Below are positions 39,301 through 53,500 of a stretch of 64,000 nt of DNA, in pieces (within the stretch, counting starts at the first letter, position 1; every line of letters begins with the position of its first letter). The position numbers and the translations under genes are program-made. The DNA lies in NCBI GenBank assembly GCA_047967505.1, contig CM106538.1; one strand, written 5' to 3'. The notes under the pieces were generated by a model, which worked only from the letters and a program-made list of their open reading frames with translations, ran no database searches and had not been told where the DNA came from. The stretch is from Dipteris shenzhenensis. Lineage: Eukaryota.

Positions 39301-42085
39301 TTGAGTGGGAGGGGGGGTGTAACAGGTGGCCCGTTGACAAGGGACTGAGCCGCCCCTCCTTCATCATCACCTTCGGACTCGACATCGGCAGCAAGGAGGA
39401 TGTCCTTTCCGTCTTTTGGGTCAAGGGGGAGCAACCCTTTGACATCTCTAGGACCTAACCAAGGGAAGCAACCCATGGTAAGGTTGGACTCCCAACTTTG
39501 GCTCTAAAGGGCTCAATTCAAACGGGAGGATTTGAATTGCTTGGCCCTTCAAAGTAACTGTTGGAGAAAAGGGTACCAAGGAGGAATTGGCCTTAATGAA
39601 GGCGGCTGAACGTTGGAGCCAAGGGAGACTCCGTAAAAAATTTAAAATATACAAAACTCAAGGGATTCCGGGGATTCCAGGACAGATTGAGCAAGGAGAA
39701 CTCAGAGAGCATCAGAGCTGGGATCGTGAGTTGCGATCTCTTGCTATAACCCTGAGAGTGTTGTGAGGTTTTTTTCTTCAGCATCTGAGGGATGCTCCCA
39801 TTGTAAGCTTACCCTGTGGCGTTTTGCCCACAGGGCCTCTTCTTTTTGGAATAGAAGACATTCGTTGTCCCTCTCTGGATGTTTTTGGTTCCAAACGTTG
39901 AGGTAGTTAAATGGCAAGCATCATTCTCCCCTCCCCTCCCGTTAAGTGTTGAATGTGCAGGTGGTCTCAGCAGCCTACTTTCAAGCCAGGGCTTCCCCTT
40001 GGCTTGGGGGAAGAAGCCCACCAAAGGGTAGACTGATCCATAGATCGTGGAGGACGCGGTGACTGATGAGGTGCTGCCTCAGAGCCATTTTCGACCGAAC
40101 CAGAGAGTAGTGCAGCCTCTGTAGGGATCCGTTCGATCCAGGAGTTTGTGAGGGTCAAGATACCCTCCTAATTATCTCCCCTACGAAGTCGCAAGACGTG
40201 CGGAGCTCAGATGCAGGAGCACGGGCCGATTGAGACCCTGCCATCGACAATGGAAGGTGACGGAGTTGCAGTTCCGTCACGTCGAAGCTTGGGAAGCTTC
40301 ACACAGTCACTCCACCGACCCATTGCTCGAGTCCTTTGGTACAGAGGGACGCCTCATCGACGAGATCACAAGGCCGGGCCCGTGACCATAGTAAAGCACC
40401 GGTTTGCAAGCACCAACCCGATGAGCTTTTAGGCCATCGACCGAAATCCGTCGACAGAACTGGACGGAGGATGACGAAAAGTCGTGGGAGGCTCTCACGG
40501 TTGATTGCGAGCGACATTGCTAGCACCCTCACTCCTGCGAATGCCCACAGGCTGGGAGAAGAAGGGCAACACCAAAGATCAGCTATTCGATGTGCGCATG
40601 GTGGCAGGGAGGTCGCCATAGCTGCCAAGCTCCTAGTCTTTTATATAACCATATGGATGGAAAGGGATCACAAGCAAGGCCACGGCCCCGGTGGCTAGCC
40701 GGGCCATGATGTATTCTGAGCGTTTGGGCAGAGGTTCTGGGTTCGAGTCCGAGCAGGGGGTGCAGAGCGCGAGCCAACGAGGAGGCCGTCCTCCTTTTGC
40801 CAGTCGCCCAAGAACACAATATAACCAAGGGACCCCGCTTGGTTACACCAACCAAGACAAGGTCCCGTGGTTAGCCCGACGATAGGCACTGCGGTTGTTA
40901 CTTCAGTGGTTCTGAGTTCGATCCTACGTGCGCAGTGGTGCGCGATCCTTTTGGAGCGCCCGCGTTAAGGAAAGTACAAAGTAAGGCGAAATTGCCACAA
41001 CTGGTTACACCAACCGACAAGTGGCTCGGTGGTTGGCACCACGATTGCGTGGGAGTTGGTCAAGGGTTCGAATACCCTACTCAGCTATGCAAAGACTTGG
41101 GACACGCGCCTGGCCGAAAGTACATGATATATAAATGTGGGTGGGCTTCGTTACATTAACTAAGACCAGCCCCCTTGGCTAGCCCAACGATAAGTTCTAC
41201 GCGTAGTTCCTTGGAGGTCTTGTGTTTAGTGGGCCTTCCCTTTGGACACAGTCTGCCAACTTTAGAGGTACAGCTAGCCAGTTTTGGCAGTTTGGACAAT
41301 TTAACCCCTGCTAAATTTAGCTAGTCCCAACTAGTCAGACAAGGAGTTTTTGGGAACAGACTTCAGAGGTGTTTTCCCCTCTTGTACTGAGTTCTCGGAG
41401 TAAGCCGTAGGCATTACTTTTGCCACACGGAGATTCGGCAAGTGTTTTGGGAAAGAGAGCTCCTTCAAAGCCGTAGCTCTTGGGAGGAGCTCTGGGCCTT
41501 TCTTCTGAGCGTCCAAAAGACCAAGGCACCTTTGTGAAGGTGAAGGACAGTCAATTAGGTGGAGGTTCCTTGGAGGTCTTGTGTTCGATTTCGGCAGTCG
41601 GCCTTCCCTTTTGACACAGTCTGCCAACTTTAGAGGTACAACCAACCAGTTTTGGCAATTTGGACAATTTAACCCCAGCTAAATTTAGCTAGTCCCAACT
41701 AGTCAGACAAGGAGTTTTTGGGAACAGACTTCACAGGTGTTTTCCCCCTCTTGTACTGAGTTCCCGAGTAAGCTGCGGGCATTACTTCTGCCACACGGAG
41801 ATTCGACAAGTGTTTTGGGAAAGAGAGGTCCTTCAAAGCCGTAGCTCTTGGGAGGAGCTCTAGGCCTTCCTTCAAAGCCATAGCTCTCGGGAGGAGCTCT
41901 AGGCCTTTCTTTTGAGGGTTCGAAAGACCAGGGAACCTTTGTGAAGGTGAAGGATAGTCAATCAGGTGGAGGTTCCTGTCACCAAGGCAGTTGCAAAGTC
42001 CAAGAGGTCAAGCGGGTACTTTGGGATCCCGGTAGGGGACCAAACCGGGGAGCAAAGGAAAAGAGAAGTGAAAAAAAAATTAGGG
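39301..42085 (+). mobile_element. Family D PPT + long LTR (39318-~42085, 3' tip missing) at the centre of the inverted duplication
   Basis: gagtgggagggggggg followed by TGTAAC at 39318; homologous (reverse complement) to 16686-18291; internal ~360-bp tandem duplication ~41210-41970. Confidence 0.7.
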
Positions 42086-42339
42086 CCCCCACCCATGCCC
42101 CCCCCCAAACACCACATTCCCCCCCCCCTTGCATGCATGTCGCGTACCCCCCCCACCCCCACCCCCCATGCCCCCCCCCCACACTCATGCCCCCCCCCCC
42201 CCCCCAACCCACCATGCCCCCCCCTCCTTTGCGCGACATCCCTCCCACCCCTGCACTCCATGCCCCCCCCCCTGTCGTGAGTGTCTAGGGGAACCTGTGA
42301 TGAGTGGAGCTGCCACCCTGCCTGGTTGCCAGTGACTAT
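42086..42339 (+). promoter_or_regulatory. rDNA IGS subrepeats and upstream half of putative Pol I core promoter (right arm)
   Basis: Inverted copy of ~38921-39200; ends agtgACTAT at the A1' junction. Confidence 0.65.
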
Positions 42340-42436
42340 TGTAAGGAAGTCATTGTTAGAATTGACCTATCGTGAGTGTTCGGAGCGTTTTATGGCGAAG
42401 GGAACCCTAAACCGGTGCCTAGCGGCCAGCCACTAT

Positions 42437-45400
42437 TGTAGGGTCCCACTTCAAACACTTAGCCAAATAACGCTAGTTCTGCTATGGTTTACCGAAACGG
42501 GGCCAGAAACGTCGAACGAACCCGGCAGGGGAACGTTTTCTACCTCACAACGGGCCCTCCGTGCATGTGCAGTGCATGTAGTCTGTGCCCACGTAGTGCT
42601 GTCCTCGTCCCACCCCCTTGCCTTCTGTGAGTCATTCTTACGTTTCCACGTTTCAAGGTGCATGATTGTGCCAACATTCAAAGGAGCATCAAGAAATGAG
42701 ACTTAGAAAAATATTTATACAAGAACGGTCTCAGAACATTTATTCATGAGGGAAAACACATACATGCCAAGAGGGTCTCTAGCACCTTGATAGCTTGACC
42801 TTCCATATACTCTCCTGGGTTACAAAAGAGCTTGAAGCCCTCTTCAAGCGTATGCATAATATTTCAAGACCATATCACGATAGTTTTCTATCATCCAGGC
42901 TTCAGGGAGCCATTTACATTCGGAGATAGGATGACCATTGAACTTTACATAGAATTCTACTCTACCCCTTAGCATTCTCCCTTTTAAAATTGCCTCTGGC
43001 TCATATGGCAGGCTTAGAACTTGGGAGACGGAAGGGGGACTTTCCTACCATATGTGTTTTTAGAGTAGAAACGCCTTAAGAGTTGAACATGGAAGGCATT
43101 ATGTATTGCTACATTCGGAGGGAGCTCCAATTTATAGGTGACTTCATCAAGAGCATAGAGAACTTTGTATGGACCATAGAATCTATGATTGAACTTTGGA
43201 GTCAAGTTCTCTAGAAGTCGGATATTCTGGGAGCTAATGAGCACCAAGTCGCCTGGAAAGAATTCGACGTGGTGACGTTTGCTATCATAGTACTTCTTCA
43301 CGATGGCTTGCGTTTTGTGAAGACTTTCTTTGGCTGCTTGCATGCATTCACGCCATCTATTAAGAAATTCCTCTATGTCTGGATCTTGGATTTTGAGAGT
43401 ACCTATTGCCAAGGCGTGGGAGTGATGATCTCTTTGCCCGTGGCTATCTCAAACGGCGTGAAACCTATGCTACGATGAACAGAGCTGTTGTAGTGAAACT
43501 CCAAGATGTCCAAATGTGAGGCCCAATCTTTTTGGTCTACCTAGACATAGCTTCTAAGGTATTGCTCTGCGGTTTGGTTTGCCCTTTCAGATTGACCATC
43601 AGTGGCTGGGTGGTATGAGGAGTTGAAACGGAGCTGTGTACTAAGGAGTTTAAAGAGCTCGGTCCAAATATCACTTAAGAAGCGAGCATCACGATCTGAG
43701 ACAATGGCCAAGGGTAAACCATGGTACTTGAACACATAAGAGAAATATAAGTTAGCTGTATGCTTTGCCGTAATGGGTGGCTTAACAGGAATGAAATGGC
43801 CTTGTTTGGAAAAATAGTCCACCACCACAAAGATGGGATTGTGCCCATGAGAGAGAGGTAACGATGTGATGAAGTCCATGCTCACAACATCCCATGGTCT
43901 TGAAGGAACGGGCATGGGTTGGAGTTTTCCTGCCTTTGCAAAATGTTGGTCTTTGACAAATTGACATGTTGGGCACGTCCTGATATATTCAATGACGTCT
44001 TCATGCATCCCTGGCCAAAAAAAATGTTGCTTCATTCTATCCCAAGTCTTGTGCTACCCTGAGTGTCCTACTAGCTTGCAATCATGGCATTCCCACAATA
44101 TGGTCTTCTTGAGTTCTAAATCATCTGGAACATATAGCCCGTTTTCATAGACGTAGACTAAACCTTCATCTTCATTGTACATGCCCCATGGTACAGAGCC
44201 TTCTTTAATCTGTTTCACTACATCTTCTATGCCTTGGTCTTTTTCCATAAGTTCCTTGATTCTCTCCAAGAGTGTGCCTTGTGCCATAGTGATAGCCATC
44301 AATTCTGCCTTTCTACTTAGTGCATTTGGCATGACATTCGTTTTGCCTAGCTTGTGTTCAATTGTTATGTCAAATTCTGCAATGAAATCTTGCCAACGAG
44401 ACTGCTTCAGAGATAGTGTGGGTTGGGTCTAAAAATACTTTAGTGTAATGTTATCTGCAAAGACTTTGGTATGCTTATCTTGAACATAGTGTTTCCACTT
44501 TCTTAAGCATTCTACAATGGCCAGCATCTCCTTCTCATGCGTTGTCCATCTCTTTTCAATGGCATCCAATTTCCTTGACTCATATGCAATCGGGTGTCCC
44601 TCTTGCATCAACACTCCTCCTAAGGCATAATTTGGGGCATCCATGTGAATCTCAAATGGCCCTTCAAACTCAGGTAATTTTAAGATGGGTGTGGAACTCA
44701 TAATCACTTTCATCTCCTCAAAGGCCTTGGTGCAATGTTCCCCCCACTCAAATTTGTCCTCTTTCTTTACTAAATTAGTAAGCGGGAATGCAACACGGCT
44801 ATACTCCTTCACAAACCTTCTATTGAAGTTACAAAAGCCTAGAAATCCTCGTACTCCCCGCATTGACTTGTGTTGCATCCAATTAGTTACTGCCTCCACT
44901 TTGCAAGGGCCCATCTTCATTCCATGTTCCCCCACTACATATCCCAAGAAGGCAACCTCCTTTGCACCAAATTCACATTTCTCCTGTTAAGCATACAACC
45001 CATGCTCCCTCAATTTGGCAAACACTTTCTTAAGATGTTCCCGATGCTCCTCCAGCGTCTTGCTATAAATCAGAATGTCATCAATGTAAACGATCACAAA
45101 ATCATCCAAGTACTCCCTGAACACATCATTCATCAAAGTGCAAAAGGTAGCTGGTGCGTTTGTGAGGCCAAAAGACATAACCAACCAATCATAGCTACCA
45201 TATCTTGTTCTAAAGGCCGTTTTCTCCACATCTTCCTCCGCAATTCTTATCTGATGATATCCAGACCTCAAATCAAAATTTCGGGTGAAATACTTGGCTC
45301 CTCCCAATTGATCCATCAAATCATCCAACAATGGCATGGGGTACTTGTTCTTGATGGTAAGTTTGTTGAGGGTGCGGTAGTCCATGCATAGACGTGCGGA

Positions 45401-48374
45401 TCCATCTTTCTTCATTACAAATAAGACCGTTGCTCCAAACGGGGATTTACTCGGCCTAATAAACCCACTTTCTACCAACTCCATAATTTGTCTCTTGAGC
45501 TCTTTCAATTGAGAATCATTCATCCTATATGGTGCTCTTGCTGGGGGTTCACTACCTGGAATCAGTTCTATCTTGTGGTCCACTCGTCTCTTGGGTGGCA
45601 ACCCCTTTGGTAACTCTTTGGGCATAACGTCTGCAAACTCATCCAAGATCTCCTTTATCCTTGCATCAGTACACAGCTCCAAGACAATTGAACACGCCTT
45701 TGACTCTACTTCTTCTTTGCCTTCTGCCACATGCATCAGCATCACATGCATCTATGCTCCCTTCTTGACTTCCCTCTCTAGTTGCTTAGCTGAAATCAAC
45801 ATGACCTTGGCATTCACACCACCCATCTTCGAAGGGTCTCCCATGTTGCTCTTTTCTTGTTTGGGCATACTCTTGTCCATTTTCCCCCCTACCTTGCCTT
45901 TCCCTTTACTAGCCTGTTGCTCCAACCTCCTTGCTTCTGTAGGGGTGATTGAAGATCTAACACATTTTACCCTGACCGCATGACCTTGCATGTCAAGTAA
46001 TAGTTCGTCCATTCCCTTCCCCAACAACATCATGACATACTTATCCCACCAATTGATTCCCAAAATAGCATCATATGCATCTAACGGCACCACTAGAAAA
46101 TTCAACTTTGCCTTCCAACCCCCTAGCTGCACTTGCACATTCCAAGCCATTGCCACATTAGCATCCTTGCCTTGCCCAAAAGACACTGTCGTGTCCTCCA
46201 TCTTGGATAATTTCAACTTTAGCTTTTGCGTCGCTTCAGGCATAATCACGTTGTGCATCGCACCCGTGTCTATCATAATCCTTTGAGCTCCACCATTGAT
46301 CAACCCATCCACACAGATGTTTGGTACCACTGGCAATCTTGCAGCCAAGACTCTTAGTGCCACCCTTAACGTCCCCACTCTAGGCTCTTCTCCATTACCT
46401 CCACTCTCACGTTCTATGATTTCTATGATCTCCAACTTCTCATTGTCTCCCCTCGACTGTGTTGGTTGAGTAAGTGCGATTCGGGGCCTATTGAATCCAC
46501 CTCGTTGTCTAGGACAATCTCTGATAAAATGGTCTCCTCCACACGAAAAGCACCCTCTAACTGGTCCCCTACCCACGGGTGGACCTCCGCTCCTTCCTCC
46601 AAATCCTGCTCCTCTTCCTGGAACCCGTGGCACCAATGCCCCACTTGAGCCCACACTTGATGCAACATTTTCCACCTTACTCCCCGTCTCCTTGTTCTCC
46701 CCTCGAGGTCCAGGTCTATTCCCCCAAGAGCTTGTAGGTGCAATCGTCCTACCAAAGTTAGGAGGTCCTCTTCTTCCTTCATAATCTACAATCCGCTCCG
46801 CCATCACCAATGCATCCTTGTAATCCTCCGGTTCCTGCTTCTCAATTTCTCTCCTGGCCCAACTTTGTAGCCCATACAAGAAACCGTGCAATCTATCTAT
46901 TTCATGCATATCAACAATTTGGACCATGGCATGCCTATACTTCGTGACATACTCCCTCAATTTCCCTTCACCATGTCTTAGGCCTCTCCATTCATCTCTT
47001 CTCTTGAACACCTCGTTTTGGGGAATGAAATATGCTCTTATCCTTGACTTCAAGGCTCTCCAACTCCTCAATTCACCATGACCCTCCTCTTCTAAGAACC
47101 AATGGTACGTGTCTCCTTTTAATTGTTGTGCCGCTATCTTCACTTGATGCTTGGATGCAATTTCTGCGAGCTCAAAGAAATCCTCCATCTCCCTAATGCA
47201 CTTATTTAGCACTAACGACTCTTGATCTCCTGTATACTTCTCCGGTAGTTGCGGCTTAAATCTACCAAAGCTCCTCCTACTACTCCCTTCCGAGCCACTA
47301 CTTGACTCTTCACTCTCCGTCTCAACCTCCTTCCACCTCCCATATTTCTTCTTCTTCTTGGTTGAAGCCGGTCATTGTGGGGACGGTTCCGACATCTTCT
47401 TCAAAATGGCCTCCATCATCCCTTTCAACTCCCTTCTCTCCAATTCTCCCCGTTCTAGCTCCTCAGTCACCCACCCAAACATGTTTATGTCTTGTTCTCC
47501 TTCCCCCTTTGTGGATTTTTACTCACCCGTCTCCGAAAACAATAACGGTTCTTGGTCACGAGCTCCTGACGTGCCCACGTCCGGTGTAGCACTGAATCCT
47601 CCACTAGCCACGTTCCAGAGACCCTCGCCTCTATCTTCCTTCTCTCTTTCTTCTCTCTCTTCACCTTTCTTGTCTTTCTTCTCTCTCTTCCGTCTCTCTG
47701 GCTTGAGGATCTCATGTTCCTCCTCACTCTCAACCCCTTTATCTTTTCTTTGATGTGGCATCCTCACCTCTCACAAAGACGCTTTACTCCCTCAATGAAA
47801 CGGCAGAAAAAATGGCGAAAAAAATAGGACAGACAGCAAACTCACCCTTTCACCCAAAATGACGTACCCAAGCTCTCTGCTCACAAGAACTCCCAAGCAC
47901 GGTGGAAACGGCGACCCGATTCATTCCCTCCCATAGGATGCAGGAACACGCTTCGAGCGACACCCGACGGCGTGCACCTCAAAGTTGCTCTAATACTAAG
48001 TGTAGGGTCTCGCTTCCAACACTTAGCCAAATAACGCCAGTTCTGCTATGGTTTACCGAAACGGGGCCAGAAACGTCGAACAAACCCGACAGCGAAACGT
48101 TTTCTACCTCACAACGGGCCCTCCGTGCATGTGCGGTGCATGTAGTTCGTGCCCGCGCAGTGCCGTCCTCATCCCACCCCCTTGCCTTCTGTGAGTTACC
48201 CTTATGTTTCCACGTTTCAAGGTGCATGATTGTGCCAACATTCAAAGGAGCATCAAGAAATGAGACTTAGAAAAATATTTGCACAAGAACGGTCTCAGAA
48301 CGTTTATTCATGAGGGAAAACGCATACATGCCAAGAGGGGTCTCTAGCACCTTGAGAGCTTGACCTTCCATATA
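42437..48374 (-). mobile_element. Full-length Galadriel-like chromovirus B' (degenerate)
   Basis: LTRs 48001-48374 and 42437-42809; TSD actat 42432-42436 and 48375-48379; degenerate Met PBS ~47987-47998. Confidence 0.92.
42846..47410 (-). pseudogene. gag-pol of B' (gag, CCHC, protease, RT, RNase H, integrase, chromodomain), broken by stops and frameshifts
   Basis: [84 protein letters not shown] and YEPEAILKGRMLRGRVEFYVKFNGHPISECKW. Confidence 0.9.
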
Positions 48375-50518
48375 ACTATTGTATGGAGGATAGTGCTCTC
48401 TCATGCGACGTTGATTTGGATGAGGAAAACGTCAACAGCCGTTTATGCTCCCTCTTGCTTGTATATACTTTCTATTGCAATCAAGCGCGTTCTAGCGACC
48501 GTTTGGCACTCCATCCAGTACCATCTTGCAAGTAACGTCATCATGCCATCTTGTGGGTTGTGACCTTGTGGTGCATGTTGAAGCGCATGCATGGGAAAGC
48601 AAAACGTGGGACGGGTTGAGGGCATGTGAAAGTGAGTGGGGAACGATGAGGGCCATGTGTGTTCTCCATACCATTGTATAAACCATGAACTGTTGGGTAC
48701 CGAGCCGGGACTCGAGGTGAGCCCGAAGGGGTTAGATGTGCCGATCCACGTAAAGGCCACCAACCGGGGAAGAAATTTGGGCTGATTAGGACATTGCACG
48801 TTGGATGTTCCTGGGAGTCTTGGTGACCCATATGACTCTGCAGATCGAAGATCATGAAGCCTAAGGGCTTGCCCAGTGGGGTGTGGTGCAGTGGGATAAA
48901 CAACAGATAGCCCATGCCAGGGGTCCTGTTTGGCTAAGCTGCGCATAAAGGGGATTGTGGTATCAAGACTGAGAGATTAAGGGAGGTTGGGACTCAAAAA
49001 CGGGTCCGACGTAAGGTGCTCACAATCGGAGACTAAGTCCGGAACTACCAGGCCCTTACACTTGGTATCAGAGCAAACCTCAAGGTATCGCAAGCCTTCG
49101 AGGCGGATCCTGTATCGAGGTATGGCGTCATGTGACGGGCAAAGTCAATCTTATGCACAAGGGAAGGAGGAAATACTACGGGCGATGAGGAGTGGGAAGC
49201 CAGAGATGGAAGCCACAGTGGATGTGATGAGGGCAGTTCCAGAGTGGAGTGTGTGAAGCCCCGAGTAAACGGTGTGGGAGCCGTGAGATGTATAGGAAAC
49301 GGCGCGAAAGGCACGAGGTGTGGAGGCATGAGTGACTCGAGAGGCATGTTGGTGAAGAGCGATGATGCAAAATCCCGAGACGCTATAAGGGTAGTGAAGA
49401 CCCGAGGCACGAGAAGCACGATCACGGTGACCAGAGGTGCGAAAGGCGCAGTGACGGAGACAAGAGGTGCGAGAGGTGCAGGAGGCGTGAAAGAAAAGAA
49501 GAGAAGTGTCGTTGTACCAAAGTACAATCAAACAAATGCTCAAGGTGAGGAGGTTGAGATAAGGAGCAAAGGAGGTGCAGGCCCAAGACCAAGTGACATG
49601 GTAGGCCCGAAGAGAAGTCGAAAAAACGCACAAGGTGTGCAAGTGACCAAGGAAGGTGCGGTAGGCATGGGAGTGAAACAGGTAGGCATGGGAGTGAAAC
49701 AGGTAGGTGCACAAGGCGCAAACGGTGGAAAGGGAGCACCGATGACCGGGTTAGGCACACAAGGCACATGCGGTGGAAAAGTGATGAAAAACGGTGGATA
49801 GGTGACAGGAGAGGGAGGCGCACAAGGCGCAGGAAATGGCGAAAAGGTTCAAGAGAGAGGCATGGAAGGCGTAGTGGAGTGGCAAGTGGAGATTTGGGAT
49901 GAAGAAGAGGAATGACACTGGGGAAAGTTTCAAGAGAGCAATTAGAAGCCCGTGGCAATGCAGAGGCATGTGCAGAAAAGATGCCGAGATGGATAGGGAA
50001 AATAGCGAGGTGATGGAGCATGAGGTGAAGGCAAGAGATGGAAAGGGAAAATGGTGGAGAACAGGTGCAGGTCTATTTAGATGCCGAGGCGTCACGCGAA
50101 GTGAGGCCTTAGGGCAGAGGAGAAGTCATGAAGAAGAAGAAGAGAAGAAGGTGGTGATGGCCAAGGGGATGAAAGGACATGTGATGAGGCCAAGGCATGA
50201 AGAGGAAATGGCAGAAGGTGAAGGGGAAACAGCGGAAGGAGAGAAGGAAACGGTGGATGGAAAAGAAGGCAAGGCAAGGCAAGGTAGAATGGTGGGAAGG
50301 ATGAAGGGATGGATGAAAAGGCCAAGGTTTCAAAGAGAAATGGCAGATGAAGAAGAGGCCAAGGTGAGGCAAAGAGGTGGAAGGTGGATGCATAAGTGCA
50401 TGGTTAGATGTAGGCCAAGGGAGCAGGATGAGGTCAAGAAGGACCAAGATGAAGAGACTGAGAGGAGAACGGGTCTAGGTTGTGGAGCACAAAGAAGATG
50501 CACGGCAAAAGGTCCAAC

Positions 50519-53500
50519 TGTTAGCCCTCTCTACTCTGAAGACTAACTCGAAACGCACTACTGCGACAGATTTACATGCGTAATCGTACTTCAGAACTGC
50601 GTATGAAAATTCATAGAGTAGAACAGTGATCGACAGAATCATTCATGATAAAACAATAAGGTAGATGCAATAGAATCTCTGTATTACATTTCTCCGAGCA
50701 GTACAACAACGTACTCTCTGATACATAGCAATGTTCCTTGCTCCGATCCTCATCAATGAACCCCAATGAGCCCCAATGAGCCCCAATGATCGCTCTCTTC
50801 TCTCTTATCTAACCGGCACACATAACTCCTTCACGGTTGCCGTGACGGTTGCCGTGACGGTTGCCGTGCCTATTCAGTTCTCCGCCTAGTCCTAGAACTT
50901 CCGTCTTTTCATATCCCACTATAAACTAGATACAACGTATTAATGATAATAATCTAAGGACTCCCCCCCTAGTGTTCCTAATCGGAACGTGCCGTCACCA
51001 TAACGCTCCACCACCCAATACGGACCTCCCCACCGTAACTTCAGCTTACCCGGATGCGGACCCATCCGAGTGTTAAACAATATCACGGCATCTCTCCATT
51101 TGAAGGTCTTCTTCTTTGAATGACGGTCCACCCAGACCTTCCGTCTGTCCTGGACTACCTGTGCAAGATACGCACTGTTGAACCGCTCCTCACCCAGCCG
51201 ATCCAGCTGTTCAATCCTCCGGTCGACGAACTCGTCCCAGCCCAATTTCTCTGCCGCTGCAATCCGCAGACTCGGTACTAGGAATTCCATGGGGACCACT
51301 GCTTCAACTCCGTAAACCAACTTGAATGGCGTGAACCCCGTCGCAACCTTATAGGAAGTCCGGAACGCCCATAATGCGGAGTAAAGTTTTTCATCCCAAT
51401 CTATCCGATTTTCATTGACCAGCTTTTTCAGAATGACTAGCAACACCTTATTCGAGGACTCCGCCTGTCCGTTTGCCTGAGGGTAATACACTGTGGACTT
51501 CTTATGAATGATTAGGTGCCGGGTAACCAGTTCCCGTAACACCGCATTAAGGAAATGCCCACCTTGATCCGTGACGAGCTCAACCGGACATCCGTACCGT
51601 GTCATAATGGCTTCATAAAGGAATCTGGCCACAGCCTTTGCCGAATTATCCTTCAGTGCTCTGGCCTCCACCCATTTGGTACAGTAATCCGTCGCCACCA
51701 GGATATACCGGTTACCTGTCCTCCGCGCCGGCAGCGAAAACGGACCTACAAAGTCCAGCCCCCACTTCATGAACGGTTCGAGGGCCAGTATGGGATTATG
51801 CGGCATCCGGTCCCGACCTGATGGCTGGCCCAACCTCTGGCACACATCGCATCTTTTGACGAACCTATGCGCATCCCCCATTAATGTTGGCCACCACAGA
51901 CCTCCTTGGAGTACCTTCCGTCCGGTTACTTCTCCTGCGAAGTGTCCACCGCTGATTCCTTGGTGAGCCTCTTCCAGGATGACCTCCTGCTCATGTGGGT
52001 ACACACACCGTCGCAACACACCATCTAGCCCCTGCTTATACAATTGGTCAGCAATGATCCGGAAGTCTCTGCTCTTGAGCGCGAGCCGTTTCCGCTGGTC
52101 TCGCGACATTCCGTCGCGCATCTGGCCCGTGTCGACAAAGTGAAACATGTCGTCGTACCACGTCTTTGGAGCTGCCGGTACCACCGCCTCCAGTTCGAAC
52201 AGCTGGGCATCCGGAAAATCGTCTTCCACACCCATCGGGTCTTCGCCAGATTCCAACCGCGAAAGGTAATCCGCTACGGCATGTGTACTTCCTGGTCGAT
52301 GGACCACCGTGAAGTCGAACTCCTGTAAAAGCAGCATCCACCGGGCCAACTTTCCAGTGAGCTCGGGCTTGTGTACCAAATACAACAAGGCGGAATGATC
52401 CACATGAAACGTGAACCGATTCCCCAACAGGTAGTGACGAAACTTTGTTACGGAATAAATCATCCCCAATGCTTCCCGCTCCGTCGTAGAGTAATTCCGT
52501 TCGGCTTTTGACAACCTGCGACTTGCATAATACACCGGTCGGAACCACTTGCTTGTCGCTTCCTGCATGAGGACACTACCAATAGCCACGTCCGAGGCAT
52601 CCACGAAGACATGAAACATCTTCGTCCAATCTGGCGGCTGAACCACCGGTGCTGTCGCCAACATCAGTTTGAGCCGTCGAAAAGCTAAGTCACAAGCAGG
52701 AGACCAGACTACCGGTACTTTGTTGAGTTGGTCATACAGTGGTGTCGCCACATCCGCCAGATACCGCAGCATTCGGCTGTGCCATTTAACCTGCCCTAGG
52801 AATCTCCCGAGCTGCTTACCGTTGCCAGGAACCTTTGCCTGCCGAATCGCTTCGACCTTTGCCGGATCTACCGCAATGCCTTCTGCCGAGACAATGCAAC
52901 CCAGCAGCATACCGCTGCCCACGGCGAATGCACATTTCATAGGGTTCAGACACAACCGTGCCTCCCTACACCGGGTTAAGCATTTCTTCAGATGCTCAAG
53001 GTGCTGCTCGCGACTCCCAAAAACACTGAAATCGTCCAGAAATACCTGCATAAAGATTAGTAAATAATCATGAAATATTTCTTGGACCATGCGTTGAAAT
53101 GTTGCCGGAGCATTCTTTAGCCCAAATGCCATCACCAGGAAAACAAATGCTCCCCACTCCGTGATGAAGGCTGTTTTCTCTCGATCTTCTGGTGCCATCT
53201 GCACCTGGTTATACCCACTGAAGCCATACAGAAAAGAATACATCTCGTGACCTGCCACTGTATCCAGCATAGTATCATTAAACGGCAAGGGAAACGGATC
53301 CGTGATTGTCGCCGCGTTAAGCTTTCTGTAGTCAACACAGACCCGCAACTTCAAATTCTTTTTCGGAACAATCACTATTGGCGAAAGCCATGTTGCATGG
53401 TCAACCGGATAGATAAACCCGACCTTTAGCAACCTGTCCAGCTCCTCCTTCACCCTCTGGGCATAGTTCGGGTTCATTCGATACCGTTGTTGCCGAACCG

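Noticed and set aside
38925-39476. Pro/Gly-rich ORFs here and at 41941-42335
   Set aside because: Translations of G/C-run rDNA spacer repeats
40720-40760. tRNA-like ggttcgagtcc (B-box-like) motifs in LTR D
   Set aside because: No cloverleaf or properly spaced A-box could be built
42810-42824. Canonical TG start (TGTAACCC) for the B' 3' LTR
   Set aside because: Homology with both 5' LTRs and the TSD position place the start at TATATGG; these 15 nt include the purine tract
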